From the human T2T-CHM13v2.0 reference genome, Homo sapiens: a DNA stretch of 64,000 nucleotides. Within the stretch, counting starts at the first letter, position 1. Every line of letters starts with the position of its first letter. Positions 15,960 through 30,399 of the stretch are shown here, in pieces. The stretch lies in the NCBI RefSeq assembly GCF_009914755.1, contig NC_060930.1, one strand, 5' to 3'. The position numbers and the translations under genes are program-made. The notes under the pieces were generated by a model, which saw only the letters and a list, made by a program, of their open reading frames with translations, was not told the origin of the DNA and did not search any database.

Positions 15960-18255
15960 CTCCGGTCCCGCTCACGAGGGGTCGGGGCCTGCAGTGCGCA
16001 GGAAGCAGCACAGCCCTGCAAGGGAGGTGACAGCACCGCTGACCATCCTGGTCCCTGCAGAACGGTGCCGGAGAAACGTTTTGCACCTTCAAGACTCAGG
16101 AGGATGAAAGTTATCACTTGTGAAGTAGCCTGGCATGACAAAGAGCCTGTGTACAGCCTGGACTTCCAGCATGGGATGGCCGGGAGGACGCACAGACTGA
16201 TGTCTGCAGGCATGGACTCCGTTGTCAGGATCTGGAACGTAGAAAAGGGACTAGATGGAAACGACATCATGGAATTTTTGTTCAATCTTGCTTGTCATAC
16301 CAAAGCCTTCAATGTCCTGCATTTTTCTCCATCTGGGGAGATTTTAGCATCGGGAGGAGATGATGCTGTCATCCTGTTGTAGAAGGTGAATGATAACAAA
16401 GAGCTGGAGCAGATTTCTTTTCAGGATGAGGACGAGGCCCAGTTGAACAAGGAGAACTGGATGGTTGTGAAGACTCTGCGGGGCCACTTAGAAGATGTGT
16501 ATGATATTTGGTGGGCAACTGATGGGAATTTTATGGCTTCTCCCTCTGTGGATGACACAGCCATCATATGGGATGTCAATAAAGGACAAAAAATATCAAT
16601 TAACATAACAGAAAAGTTATGTCCAAGGAATAAACTGGGACCCTTTAGGTCAATATGTTGCTACTCTGAGCTGTGACACGGTGCTGCAGGTATACAATAT
16701 ACAGAAGAAGCATGTGGTTTTTAATGTTTCAAAGATGCTATCTGGAATAGGGGCTGAAGGAGAGGCAAGAAGCTACCGCATGTTTCACGATGACAGCATG
16801 AAGTTGTTCTTCCATAGACTGAGTTTCACTCCCAATGGATCTTTGCTCCTCACACCAGCCAGATGTGTGGAATCCGGTGAAAATGTAATGAACATCACTT
16901 ACGTTTTCTCCGGGAAGGATCTTAAAAGGCCCATCGCTCATCTTCCGTGTCCTGGAAAAGCCACTCTTGCTGTTGGCAGCTGTCTGGTCTATTTTGAACT
17001 GAGGCCAGTGGTGGAAACAGGTGCGGAGCTAATGAGTCTGCCCTACCGCCTGGTATTTGCTGTGGCTTAGGAGGACTCTGTGCTTCTGGACACCCAGGAG
17101 TCCTTCCCTTTCGGTTATGTGTCTAATATACATTACCACACCCTCAATGACATTTCATGGTCTAGCGATGGCGCCTTCCTGGCCATTTCTTCCACAGACA
17201 GTTACTGCTCGTTTGTGACATTTGAGAAACGTGAACTTGGAATTCTTTTAAAAGAGAAGTCAGTTTTGAGCATGAGAACTCCTGATACAGCAAAGAAAAC
17301 CAAGAGTCAGACACACCAAGGGTCTTTGCCAGGACCCAGACCCGTAGAGGGAACAACTGCCAGCAGAACCCAAGACCCCAGCAACCCCTGCTCAACCCCT
17401 ACTCAGGCCAGACAGGCCCCAGCCCCAACAGCCACCAGGGACCCTCCCTCTATCATTCTGCTGTCAAAAGCTCCTTGCCGAGGCCTTCGGAGGAGAAGAC
17501 CCTGCCGCCCAGTAGTTAAAACACAAAAGCCCACCCATCCCGGAGGGTCACTCTGAACACACTGCAATCCTGAAGCAAGACAACACCCTGGAGAATAAAC
17601 TCAATACCCTTAAAGACAGACACTCCACCAAAGTCTGTACCAATCAATGTAATCTCCACCCCTTCTGCAGAAGAATTTAGTAAGAGACGCCTGGAAACGC
17701 TCAGGACAGTCCCGTAGAGCTAAAACAGCCCAGACTCAGTGAAAACAAAGGGGGCACTGAAAGTCTGGAACCTTGATGGGACCTTGGCTTCTGCTCAAAG
17801 CCTTCCAGACCTCCCATGTGTGCAATGAGGTGGTGAAGCTGGAGATGCCTGAGACCAGTTGCTTCCATGGAGCGGGACAGATGCCGTAAATGGATTTCTG
17901 TAACAGAAGTGACATGTGTACTGATTTTTCTCCAGAAATATGGATGCTGTTTTATTCAGTCTCCATTTTTAACTTGGGGATGTGAACATTTTAACATACT
18001 GAATCCTCTTTTTCATGAGTCTCTGAAACTGGAGCAGTTCAACATTATCCAGTGTGAAAATCAATGAGTCCTCCCTGGCATCCTCGTGAAAGTGCAGACA
18101 CTTCATGGAGGGACTCCTTTTAAAGTTAGAATTAGGAAGATGAGAAAGTAATTTGAGATTTTACTCGGTTGAATTTTAGAGTATTTGAAGTAATTGTTAG
18201 ATATTTGCTTCTCAGGAGTTGATTAAACTTTGGAAGGTTAAAAAAATAAAATAAA
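15960..18255 (+). pseudogene. CHAF1B (pseudogene): Processed pseudogene of CHAF1B (chromatin assembly factor 1 subunit B, p60)
   Basis: Intronless. ATG 16104 [26 protein letters not shown]40 motifs ([18 protein letters not shown]), terminal TGA ~17774-76. Premature TAG at 16380-82 and 17068-70, frameshifts near 16600 and 17455. Has GC-rich 5'UTR, 3'UTR, ATTAAA at 18222 and an A-rich tail. Confidence 0.97.
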
Positions 18256-18270
18256 TAAAAACACATACAT

Positions 18271-18706
18271 TGTAGGGTATGCTAGAGGGACAGAACTAAT
18301 AGGATAGATAGATATCAAAGGGAGTTTATTAAGTATTAACTCACATGATCAGAAGGTCTCACAATAGGCTGTCTGCAAGCGGAGGAGCAAGGAAGCCAGT
18401 CTGAGTCCCAAAACTGAAAAACATGGAGTCTGATGTTCAAGGGCAGGAAGCATCCAGTATGGGAGAAAGGTGTAGACTGGGAGGCTAGGCCAGTCTAGTC
18501 TTTTCACATTTTTCTGCCTGCTTTATATTCTAGCCATGCTGGCAGCTGATTAGATGGTGCTCACCCAGAGTAAGGGTGTGTCTGTCTTTCCCAGCCCACT
18601 AACTCAAATGTTAATCTCCTTTGGCAACACCCTCACAGACACACCCAGGATCAATACTTTGGATCCTTCAATCCAATCAAGTTGACACTCAGTATTAACC
18701 ATCATA
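18271..18706 (-). mobile_element. MLT2A1-like (HERV-L) solo LTR
   Basis: ctagagggacagaactaataggatag...caagttgacactcagtattaaccatca; 5-bp TSD tacat at 18266-70 and 18707-11. Confidence 0.92.
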
Positions 18707-21700
18707 TACATATACAGAAAGAAGCGGTTTGCTGCTATAAACTCCGTGAGACAGCCAAAAAATTGTGAGTTCCCAAAGTGTGAGAAGGGAAAAGTCTGCC
18801 TCTGAACACACATCCCCATTGGGGAACCTGAAAATCCATATCACAGGAGGATTTAACCTTACCTATAATGGAAATGGATTTCGAGTTGAGCAAAATATAA
18901 AAGTAGAAGCAGCAGCAGGAAAAGCCCTGTAGGCACTCCTGGTCCCCAGCTAGAGCCCAGGGAAACCATCCCTGGCTTTATCTCATAGCAGTCCTTGGGA
19001 CAGCAACAGAAGCCAGTGGAACTGGGGAGGGGCCACAGGGTGAAGGAAGCTTCTAGCTGAACTTTGTAATAATTTTGACTGAGCATGAATTTACCTAAGC
19101 AGATCGGGGCAGGGGTACTGCAAATGGGAAGTGTAGATACAAGTGCGGAAGCCACAGTGCATGGTGCAGGCAGGCATGCAAGGAGGGGCAAGGCCTGAGA
19201 CTGTTTGCTTTCTCAGCGGGGAGGCTTGTAGCCTGGGGCAAGATTTCAGCCCTGGTGACCAGCTGCCTGGATATAAACTTTAGGATGTTGGTGGGGTATG
19301 GCGGGAGTGAGACTGGCCTTGCTGGCTGTGTAGGAGCTAGGTGAGGCCTGTCACTGCTGGTTTTCCCCCACTTCCTTGGTGACCTGTAAGATGCAGCAGA
19401 GGCAACCACAGTCCCACTGGGAACATAACTCTATTAGCTGGAGAAACACCTCCCATCCTTTGCCACCAACAGTGACCGAGGCAAGCCCTGCCCAGGGAGA
19501 TTCTGAGTTCAGACCCACCTAACCCTGCCCCAGCCTTATGGTTTTTCTCTACCTGCCCTGGTAGCTGAAGACAAAAAACAAAGTCTTGGGAGCTCTATGG
19601 CCCCACCCATTGTCGGCAAAACCCGAGTGCTTCTCCTGGCCAAGGTAGGGCAAGCTTATATCAGCCTTCAACTACTCCAGCTAGTGCTCTCTTGAAAGTG
19701 CCATCTCCTGGCTGGAGGCCAACCAACTCAAGCCATTACGGCAACTCATAACAGAACAACCCTGCTCCAAAGACGAAGAAAACAACAGCTAATTCCACTG
19801 CCTGCAACACCCTGGCTAACCAGAGCTCTTGAGTCTGTCCACATGACAACTTCATTGCTAGCAAAACCAGCATTCAAGAAAACCAGTGCAATAAACAAAA
19901 TTACAATCAAGGACTCCTACAGAGTCTACTTTACTTCCTTGCCACCTCCACTGGAGCAGCTGCTGGTATCCATGGCTGGGAGATCTGAAGACAAATCACA
20001 TTACTGGACTCTTTGCAGACATTCTCCTGCACCAGCCCAGGACCTGGTAGCCCCACTGGGTGGCTAGACCCAGAAGGGAAATAGCAATCACTGCAGTCTG
20101 GCTCTCAGGAAGCCCCATCCCTAGGGGAAGTGGGAGAGTACCACAAAAGGGATCACCTCATAGGATGAAAGAATCTGAACAGCAGCCCTTGAGTTCCAGA
20201 TCTTTCTACTAAAACAGTCTTCCCAAATGAGAAGGAACCAGAAAAGCATTTATGGTAATATGACAAAACGAGGTTCTATAATACCCCCAAAGATCATACT
20301 AGCTCCCTGGCAATGGATATAAACCAAGAAGAAATCTCTGAATTGCCAGACAAAGAATTCAGAAGGTTGATTATTAAGCTACTCAAGGAGGTGCCAGAGA
20401 AAGGTAAAAACCAACTTAAAGAAATTTAGAAAATGTTACAGGATATGGTGAATCCATATCCTGAGAAATAAATAGGTATCATGAAGAAAAGACAATCACA
20501 CCTTCTGAAAATAAAAGATACACTTAGAGAAATGCAAAATATGCTGGAAAGTTTCAATAATAGAATCACACAAGTAAAAGAAAGAACTTCAGAGTTCAAA
20601 GACAAGGCTTTCAAATTAACTCAATCTGACAAAGACAAAGAGTAAAGAATAAAAAAAAAATAAAGCCTCCAAGAAATTTGGGATTATGTTACATAACCAA
20701 ACCTAAGAATGATTGGTGTTCCTGAGGAAGAAGAGAAATTTAAAAGTTTGGAAAACTTATTTGCTGCAATAATCAAGGAAAACTTCCCTGGTCTTGCTAT
20801 AGTTCCAGACATCCAAATATAAGAAGCTTAAAGAACACCTGGGAAATTCATCACAAAAAGATCATCACGTAGGCACATAGTCATCAGGTTATCTAAAGTT
20901 AAGACAAAGGAAAGAATCTTAAGAGCTGTGAGGCAAAAACATCAGGTAACCTATAAAGGAAAATCTATCAGATTAACAGCAGATTTCTCAGCAGAAACCC
21001 TACAAGCCAGAAGGGATTGGGGTCCTATCTTTAGCCTCCTTAAACAAAATAATTATCAGCCAAGAATTTTGTATCCAATAAACTAAACTTCATAAATGAA
21101 GGAGAGATACAGTCTTCAGACAAACAAATGCTGAGAGAATTTGCCCTTATTAAGCTAGCACTACAAGAAATGCTAAAAGGAGTTCTAAATCTTGAAACAA
21201 AACCTCAAAATACACCAAAATAGAACCTCCTTAAAGCATAAATGTCACAGGGCCTATAAAACAATAACAAGGGGGGGGCGGGGAACAGGTATTCAGGCAA
21301 CAACTAGCATGATAAATAGAATAGTACCTCACATCTCCATATGAACATTGAATGTAAACTGCCTAAATGCCCCACTTAAAAGATGGGGCATTCTGCAGAA
21401 TGGCAGAATGGATAAACGTCCACCAACCAAGTATCTGTTGTCTTCAAGAGATTCACCTAACAAATAACGACTCACATAAACTTAAGGTAAAGGGGTGAAA
21501 AGATACATTCTATGCAAATGGAAACCAAAAGCGAGCAGGGGTAGCTATTCTTACATCAGACAAAACAGATTTTAAAGCAGCAACAGTTAACAAAGACAAA
21601 GAGGGACATTAAATAATGATAAAAGGATTAGTCCAACAGGAAGATATCACAATCCTAAATACATATGCACCTAACACCACAGCTCTCAAATTTATAAAGC

Positions 21701-23060
21701 AATTACCACTACACCTAGGAAATAAGATAGATGGCAACACAATAATAGTGGGTGACTTCAATACTTCACTGACAGCACTAGACAGGTCATCAAAACAGAA
21801 AGTCAACAAAGAAACAATTGACTTAAACTATACCCTAGAACAGATTAGCTTAACAGTTATTTACAGAACATTCTACCCAACAACTGCAGAATATACATTC
21901 TTTCAATCAGCACATGGAACTTTCTCCAAGATGAACCATATGATAGGCTGCAAAACAAGTCTCAATAAATTTAAGAAAATTGAAATTATATCAAGTAGTC
22001 TCTTAGACTACAGGGGAATAAAATTGGAAATTAACTCCAAAAGGAACCCTCAAAACTATAGAAATACATGGAAATTAAATAATCTGCTCCTGAATGATCT
22101 TTGGTTCAACAATGAAATCAAGATGGAAATCAAAAAATTCTTGGAACTGAATAATAATAGTGAAACCTCTGGGATACTGCAAAAGGGCTGCTAAGAGGAA
22201 AGTTCATGGCATTAGATGCCTACATCAAAGAGTCTCAAAGAGCACAAATAGACAATCTAAGCTCACAAGGAACTAGAGAAACAAGGACAAACCAAACCCA
22301 AACACAGAAGAAGAAAAGAAGAAACAAAGATCAGAGCAAAACTAAATGAAATTGAAACAAAAAAATACAAAAGATAAATGAAGCAAAAAGCTGGTTGTTT
22401 GAAAAGATAAACAAAATTGATAGACCATTAGCAAGATTAACCAAGAAAAGAGAGAAGATCCAAATAAGCTCAATTAGAAATGAAATGGGAGATATTACAA
22501 CTGATACCACAGAAATATAAAACATCATTCAAGGCTACTATGAACATCTTCATGCACACAAACTAGAAAACCTAGAGGAAATGGATAAATTCCTGGAAAT
22601 ATACAACCTTCCTAGATTAAACCAGGAAGAGACAGAAATTCTGAACAGACCAATAACAAGAGACTGAAATAGTAATGAAAAAATTGCCAGCCAAAAAAAA
22701 GTCCAGAATCAGATGAATTCACAGCTGAATTCTATCAGACACTCAAAGAAGAATTGGTACCAATTCTACTGAAACTATTCCAAAAGATAGAGCAAAAGGG
22801 AATCCCCCACAAATCATTCTATGAAGCCAGAACTACTCTAATACAAAAAAAGGAAGTCAAACTGTCACTGTTCACTGATGATATAATTTATATCTAAAAA
22901 ACCCTAAAGACTCATCCAAAAGGCTCCTAGATCTGATAAATGAATTCGGTAAAGTTTCAGGATACAAAATCAACATACACAAACCAGTAGCACTGCTATA
23001 CACCAACAGTGACCAAGTTGAGAATCAAGTCAAGAACTCAACTCCTTTTACAACAGCTGC

Positions 23061-23137
23061 AATAAAATAAAATAAAATAAAATAAAATAATAAAATTAAA
23101 TAAATAAAATAAAATAAAATAAAATAAAATAAAATAA
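23061..23137 (+). repeat. (TAAAA)n microsatellite inside L1PB
   Basis: Directly visible, about 15 imperfect units. Confidence 0.95.
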
Positions 23138-24505
23138 CTTAGGAATATACCTAACCAAGGAGGTGAAAAATCTCTACAAGGAAAACTACAAAACACTGCT
23201 GAAAGAAATCACAGGCAACACAAATGGAAACACATCCCATGCTCATGGATGGGTAGAATCAATATTGTGAAAACGACCATACTCCCAAAACCAATCTATA
23301 CATTCAATGCAATTTCCATCAAAATACCATTATCATTCTTCACAGAACTAGAAAAAACAATCCTAAAATTCATATGGAACCAAAAAAGAGCCCACATAGC
23401 CAAAGCAAGACTAAGCAAAAAGAACAAATCTGGAGGCATCACATTACCTGACTTCTAACTATAATACAAGGCTATAGTTAACAAAATAGCATGGTAGTGG
23501 TATAAAAATAGGCATGTAGAGCAGTGGAACAGAATAGAGAACCCAGAAATAAAGCCAAATACTTATAGCCAACTGATCTTCAACAAAACAAACAAAAACA
23601 TAATGTGGGGAAAGGATACCCTATTCTACAAATGGTGCCGGGGTAACTGGCAAACCACATGTAGGAGAATGAAATTGGATCTGGTCCTCACTTTATACAA
23701 AAATCAACCCAAGATGGATCAAAGACTTAAATCTAAGACCTGAAATCCTAAAAATTCTAGAAGATAACCTTGGAAAAACTCTTGTAGACATTGGCTTGGG
23801 CAAAGAGTTTATGACCAAGAACCCGAAAGCAAATTTAACAAAAACAAAGATAAATAGATGGGACTTAATTAAACTAAAAAGCCTCTGCACAGCAAAAGAA
23901 ATAATCAGCAGAGTAAACAGACAACCCACAGAATGGGAGAAAATATTCACAAACTATGTGTCTGACAAAGGACTAATTTCCAGAATCTACAAGGAAAAAC
24001 AAATCAGGAAGAAAAAACAAATAATCCTGTCAAAAAGTGGGCTAAGGATATGAGTAGAAAATTCCCAAAGAAGATATACAAGTGGCCAATGTATGAAAAA
24101 ATGGTCAACATCACTAATGATCAGGGAAACGCAAATCAAAACCACAACGCAATACCACCTTAATCCTGCATGAATGGCCATAATTTAAAAATTTTAAAAA
24201 AATAGCTGTTGGAGTGAATGTGGTGAAAAGGGTACACTTTTACACTGCTGGTGGAAATGTAAACTAGTACAAATGCTATGAAAAACAGTATGGAAATTCC
24301 TTAAAGAACTAAATGTAGAACTACTATTTGATCCAGCAATCTCACTACTGTGTATCTACCCAGAGGAAAAGAAGTCATTATATGAAAAAGACACTTGCAC
24401 ATGTATGTTTATAGCAGCACAATTTGCAATTGCAAAAATATGAAATCAGCCTAAATGCCCAACAATCAACAAGTTGATAAAGCAAATGTGAAATATATAT
24501 ATATA

Positions 24506-24506
<1 letters not shown>

Positions 24507-24544
<38 letters not shown>
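24507..24544 (+). repeat. (CA)n microsatellite
   Basis: Directly visible. Confidence 0.95.
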
Positions 24545-24549
<5 letters not shown>

Positions 24550-25026
24550 CCCATGGAATATTACACAGCCATAAAAAAGAACGAAATAATGGCATTTACA
24601 GCAACCTGGATGGAGTTGGAGACCATTATTCTAAGTGAAGTAACTCAGGAATAGAAAACCAAACATCATATGTTCTCACTTATAAATGGGAGCTAAGCTA
24701 TGATGATGCAAAGACATACGTATGATATAATGGACTCTGGAGACTCAGTGGGGAAGTGTAGAAGGGGGTTGTAGTAAAAGTGTATACTACAAATTGGGTG
24801 TAGTATACACTGCTTGGGTGATGGGTAAACCAAAATCTCACAAATCACCACTAAAGAACTTATCCATGTTAAACAAACACCATCTGTTCTCCAAAAGCTA
24901 TTGAAATAATTGTTTAAAAACACATACATACACAAAATATTCTTAAAATTTATATACATATTAGAAGACATATTAAGTACTCTAGAGTGACTGCTTGTGG
25001 AGGGGGAAAAAGAAATATAAATCATG

Positions 25027-25353
<327 letters not shown>

Positions 25354-26599
25354 TTATAGAGGCCTTGATTGGACTGATGATGTTAATGAGGCTTGAACTG
25401 ATGAGATGATTAGTTCAAAAACTTCTACCTAAAGCTCCCTGCACAAAAAACTCTAAATAAAGTGGAGGGAGTGGGATGCATGAAGTTAGGACAGACAGTC
25501 AGACTGGCTAGAAGACAGAGGAAAAAAACCATATATGAATTCCTCATGTTTGAGTTAACTCTCCTAAGTTGAGATAGTTTGGGAACTGAAGACGAAAACC
25601 AACAGAATAGTGTTCTCTGACACCATTGCTTTCTCAGGGTGTGAGAAGCTTTGTGAGGGTTTTGGGTGAGCTTTCCTTTTTATTGAGAAACACACAAGTG
25701 GTTTGAAAGGCTAAGCATGGTTTGCCACAATGCCCTATACTGTAATTAAACCATTGGGTTAGAGGCCTGTTTGCTCTATTTAATGTGCTTTGTGAAACAA
25801 GATGCTTTGTCTTTTGTTGTTGCTGGATCTTTCTGACCAGCAATTGAGAGGGGGGGAAGTCTCTGTGTATCTTCCTGCTCTACACTTAGATAATTGGTGT
25901 GTGCACTGTCAGTTAAAAAGCATGGCTTTGCCGTGACTATTTGATTTTAGTTACAAGTGTTGGCAGGAGATGCTGAAGGAGACAGGAGGTATTTAGGAAC
26001 GGTGGCCCTTTGAGATACAAAATTATAAAGCAGCCACAGAAATGAGTCAGCCCATTAAGCTGAGCCATAACCACAGCTAGCCAGAGTGCTCAGGCTTCTT
26101 TAGTCATGAAATGCACACGGCCCTTCAAATGCTCCATCCCTCTGTAACCTCACAACACCCAGAGCATATTCCTTCCACAATGGCTCCTAAAGGAACTTTG
26201 TTGATTAACTGCTAAACACATACAAAAGCACACAAATCTGAATCTCGTGTCTATGCAAAGGTGAGAATGTTCTTGGAGTTCTAAAATTGTTGAGAAGAGT
26301 TAGTTGTATATTTCCCTGGACAGAAAATAGCTCATGGAAGATAGCGTCAGACGAGTACTTTGAATGATGCAAACTAGGTCAAAAGTGATAGATAACAGGA
26401 TAAAACCCAAGGAATTAAGTTTATAGAAACTAATTAAATTATAATTTAGAGGGGATAGAAGAAAACTCATGAATGGCAAAAGAAAATTCCATTATCAGCT
26501 AATATAGAATTAAATGATTTAGTAGATTACAATAAAAAAAGTGGTTAGTGAAATATACAGACTTAAGCAACTGGAATTTCAACTTTTAACTATGTTTTA

Positions 26600-28208
26600 A
26601 AATGCTCCCTGGCCCTATGTGCACCTCCACATACTGCATATTTCTTTGTTCTCTCTCATAGTAAAAATCTTCCAAAAAATGGTCTATACTCACTATCTTG
26701 ACATGCTCATTTCCCATTCTCTCGAAAACACTCACTTCAAACTTTTGTTCTCACTACTCCATGAAATTGCTCTTAGCAAGGTCATTAATGAATGAGCTCC
26801 ATGTTGCCAAATTAAACACTCAACTCCAAGTCCTCTTCTTCACTGACTTCTCAGCAGCATTTGTTTGCTCCTTTTCTTAAAACTACTTTTAACTATTTTT
26901 TTAAATGTCTGCTTTGAAATACTTTTAGACTCACGGAAGTTGCAAAAATAGTTCAGAGGGCTCCTAAGTACTTTCACATAGCTTCCTCTAATAATACCAT
27001 CTTTTATAACCATAGCGCAATTACACACTTTTCAACTTTTCACTTTTAAAAGCTGCTCTGATCTTCTTAAAACTTTTTTCTCCTTTAGTTTCTCTGGTGC
27101 CATCCTCCTGGTTTACTTCCTCTCCTGTCTTTGATGTGGGACTCACCTCTTCTCCCTAACTCTAAGTGTTATCATATCTCAGGATTCAATCCTTGTACAT
27201 TATCTTCTTTTATCTAAGCTCACATCTCACATGACCTTGTCTAATCCCATGGCTTTAGATAGCCTGTATATGAATAAATTCCCAGATTATTATCTCCAGC
27301 CTTGAACCCTCCACTGAATTCCTTGACATCAAACTGTCTACTCAACCTCTCCTGCTCAGTATCTAATAGGTATCTCACTTTAACACGTCATAACTGAACT
27401 CGTTCAAGCCCTGTCATCCAACCCCTTCTTCCATCTTCTGCTTCTCAGTGAATGGTTCCCAAATTCAACCATGCACTTAGGCTGAAAAGTGGAATTGTCC
27501 TAGACTATTCTTTCTCTCATACAATGAATTTAATCTAACAGCATATCCTATTGGCTGTAATCTTCAAAACATGACCTATTGGCTATAATCTTCAAAACAT
27601 GACCTGTATGTGAACAACGCTCACCACCTCTTATCTCTACCATCCTTGGAATGTGAATTATGTCATGTCACTCTTCTGCTCAGAACCTCTCAGTGTCTTT
27701 TTATAGATATAAATCCATTATCTCCATAGAATAAAATTCACAGCACTTGTCATGGCCTGCAAGATCTTATATGACCCATGACCTGTTTATATGACCTTCT
27801 CCAACCTCTTCAACTCTCTGATGGCACTTGCTTTCTTAGCCTGTGCAGCCTCCTGGCTATACCCAGAGTATCTAGTATGTTCCCACATGTAGAGATTTGG
27901 ACTTAGGGTTCCCTCTGACAGGAACACACCTTCCCAGCTATTCTCATTTAAGACATTGCTCATTCCCTCAGAGAAATCTTCTCTGACCACATTATCTGAG
28001 ACAATACCACCTCTCCCATAGCTCTGTTTCTATCCAGGCTTGTTATTCTTAGTACAAAGCTGACATCAGATGGTTGGCTGGCTGGCTGTCTCCTTGTTCT
28101 ATCTCTCAAAATAGAATATAAACTTCATGTGAACAAGGGCTTTATCTAATCTAGCCCCACAACATTACATACAGTAGGCCCTCAATGAATATTTGTTGAA
28201 CAAATGAA
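26600..28208 (+). mobile_element. L2 (L2a-like) 3' portion, interrupted by a short antisense L1MC-like 3' fragment (~26895-27030)
   Basis: ctccatgttgccaaa...ctctcagcagcattt-type motifs and the terminal cagtaggccctcaatgaatatttgttgaacaaatgaa. Confidence 0.8.
27547..27602 (+). repeat. 28-bp tandem duplication (2 copies, 1 mismatch)
   Basis: cctattggct(g/a)taatcttcaaaacatga x2. Confidence 0.9.
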
Positions 28209-29299
28209 GAAGCAAAAGAGCAATAAAGGACTGTATACGGAAATGCTCTCAGAGAACAGAAAATATTTAGATTGGGAATGATGAACTTTGAAATCCCTGT
28301 TAAAAATATAAGATTTTTTTGCAAAGACTGGTTGAAATTTATGTCACTTATGATGAAATGGCTTTACTTTTGGCCATCTCAATTGTATTGCATAATAAGA
28401 ACCATTATTTATAAATACCCTGAATCATGGGCAATTACAAGTATGTCAATGTTGACTATTTCAAATGTAAAACCATTTTTATTGGTTTACCTCAAATGAC
28501 TTTCAGATAACTTGAAGTGATATATGAGTTCTGCTAGTTCCCTGCTATGTAAAGAAATGTGGTGCATGGTTTAATCTCTGTCTACATGGCCCCGCCTCCT
28601 GGGTCATCATTCTAACAATAAATAGACTCACTTGAGTAATAAGTGTGTGAGGGTTTTAAATTATAACCTTGGTTTAGCTTAATGATGCTATAAATATTTT
28701 CTTCTTTCATCTCTAAAGATATGTATACATGAATTACATGTATAGATCCCATTCTTATTATTGTCTTTCTCATTCTCCCTGAAGGAATGTTCTATCCTTA
28801 TATAATTCCTAAAAATAAAAAGAATGGTAGGTATATCCCAAACCAAAATATGATTTCCTATTCCTTTTCATTTTCACTTTGAAAATTATCATGTTCTATT
28901 ACAACCTCTAAGAAAGTGAGTCTAAATTATAATGGTAATTTTGGGCTAACATCTCAGCTTATATGGTTCCTTTCCTTGGGCATATTCTCTTTAAAGAAAG
29001 ACACTCCTGAGATTTCAGTATTGTTTGTCAGTCCCTGGGAAGGTTGGTAGAGTTACTCCAAAGGTTATGATAACAAGGTAGGAAGAGATTAACATTAAGA
29101 ATTAGGATTCTCATGATTCCTGCTGCATTCCCACACTCCGTCATCCTTACCTTAATTTGATCTTCCTTGGGTCTGAGCTACTTTCCTTTGCTCTCTCGTT
29201 GTACGTTGCTTCTAGTAATGCACATATCTTCCTTTTATTCCAACCAAGACATAGAAGAATCAACCTTGTGGAAAGCACAGTAAGGTACATAGAGCATAG

Positions 29300-29990
29300 A
29301 CACTAAAAAAATCAGAAACATAAAACAAATTTTTAAAGAATAGAAAAATCATAGATATAGAAGGATATCAAACATACTCAAAATTAGCATTCCAAAAGAA
29401 GAAAAACAAAATAATGGGACGTAACAAAAATCTAAAGATTTAACTGAAGAAACTTTTTCTGCAATTAAAACATGTATCAGGAATAACAGATCCAGAGTAA
29501 TGACACTATAACATATCATGATACAGTTATTGGCCTTCAATTAAAGAAAGAATTCTTTGCACAGCCAGGCAGAAAGAACTCACTTATAAGGGAGCAAAAA
29601 CGGGCTGAGTTCAATATTCTATGCAAAAGATAACAGATTAATAACTCTTGCCAATATTCAAAGAAAGAAAATGTAATCCTAAGAGACCTCACAGTCAGCA
29701 AGAATAAAGGATGCAAACAGCTTTCTAGAACTGAAAGAATATTTTCCCCATGAGCCTTTTTTGAGGAGACTATTAGATAATGAGCTACAGCCAACAAAAG
29801 GAAAACAGGGAAAACTACGATGGTTGGACAGGAAACAAACATTTAATATATTTGATAGGGATTAAATAGAATGTAAGTGATTTGATAAAATAGGAATGAT
29901 ACAACTGCAAAAACTATTGTAAGATTAAAAAATAGGGGGGATCGTTAGAAAGGTAATCAGTAAACACAAAAATATAAGCCTTCCTAAAAA
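29300..29990 (+). mobile_element. Ancient L1 ORF1-like/HAL1-like fragment
   Basis: A-rich decayed ORF1-like sequence (attccaaaagaagaaaaac, gaagaaactttttctgcaattaaaa); subfamily uncertain. Confidence 0.5.
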
Positions 29991-30399
29991 ATCTGTAGGT
30001 ACATACATAAAGCAAAGAAGGTAAGCAACATTCAGGGACTTCAGTTCTGTCTACCTTGTGGCCTGGATATTTGTAATGTGTTGTTCTCACCAGCATTACC
30101 TACAATGACTCAGCAGCCCCATACTTGCAATAAGGGGAACATAAAGGAAGGCCAGAGAAAGTGGCTTTATTTTAAAGTTGGACAATTTCTTTCTATTCAT
30201 TTACTTACTCATGTGGCCAAGGTTAACTGCAAGGGAGACTGTGAAATTGTGTGGGAATTCCATTTTGGCATTTCTTAGAAAATCTATATGTTTTTCTAAG
30301 TCCAAAATCCAAAGAAAAATTGTCAAGAAATCAGAGAAAATAAGAGAAATGTCTGATTTCCTTGCAGGAACAAAAATCTTTCAATCAAAATGAAGATGT

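Larger units (their letters stand above)
18717..24914 (+). mobile_element. Near full-length L1PB (L1PB1-like), inactivated, internal RT deletion
   Basis: Long 5'UTR, ORF1 from ~20227, ORF2 endonuclease (YAPN, IIVGDFNT in ORF 21616-22194) and L1PB 3'UTR (gctaagctatga...ctaaagaacttatccatg); ~19-bp TSD once the MLT2A LTR is removed. Confidence 0.93.

Noticed and set aside
16065-17556. Four adjacent WD40-like ORFs as a functional retrogene
   Set aside because: They are fragments of one CHAF1B frame broken by nonsense codons and frameshifts
21616-22194. 192-aa ORF as a functional gene
   Set aside because: It is the endonuclease domain of the decayed L1PB ORF2, bounded by a stop and a frameshift
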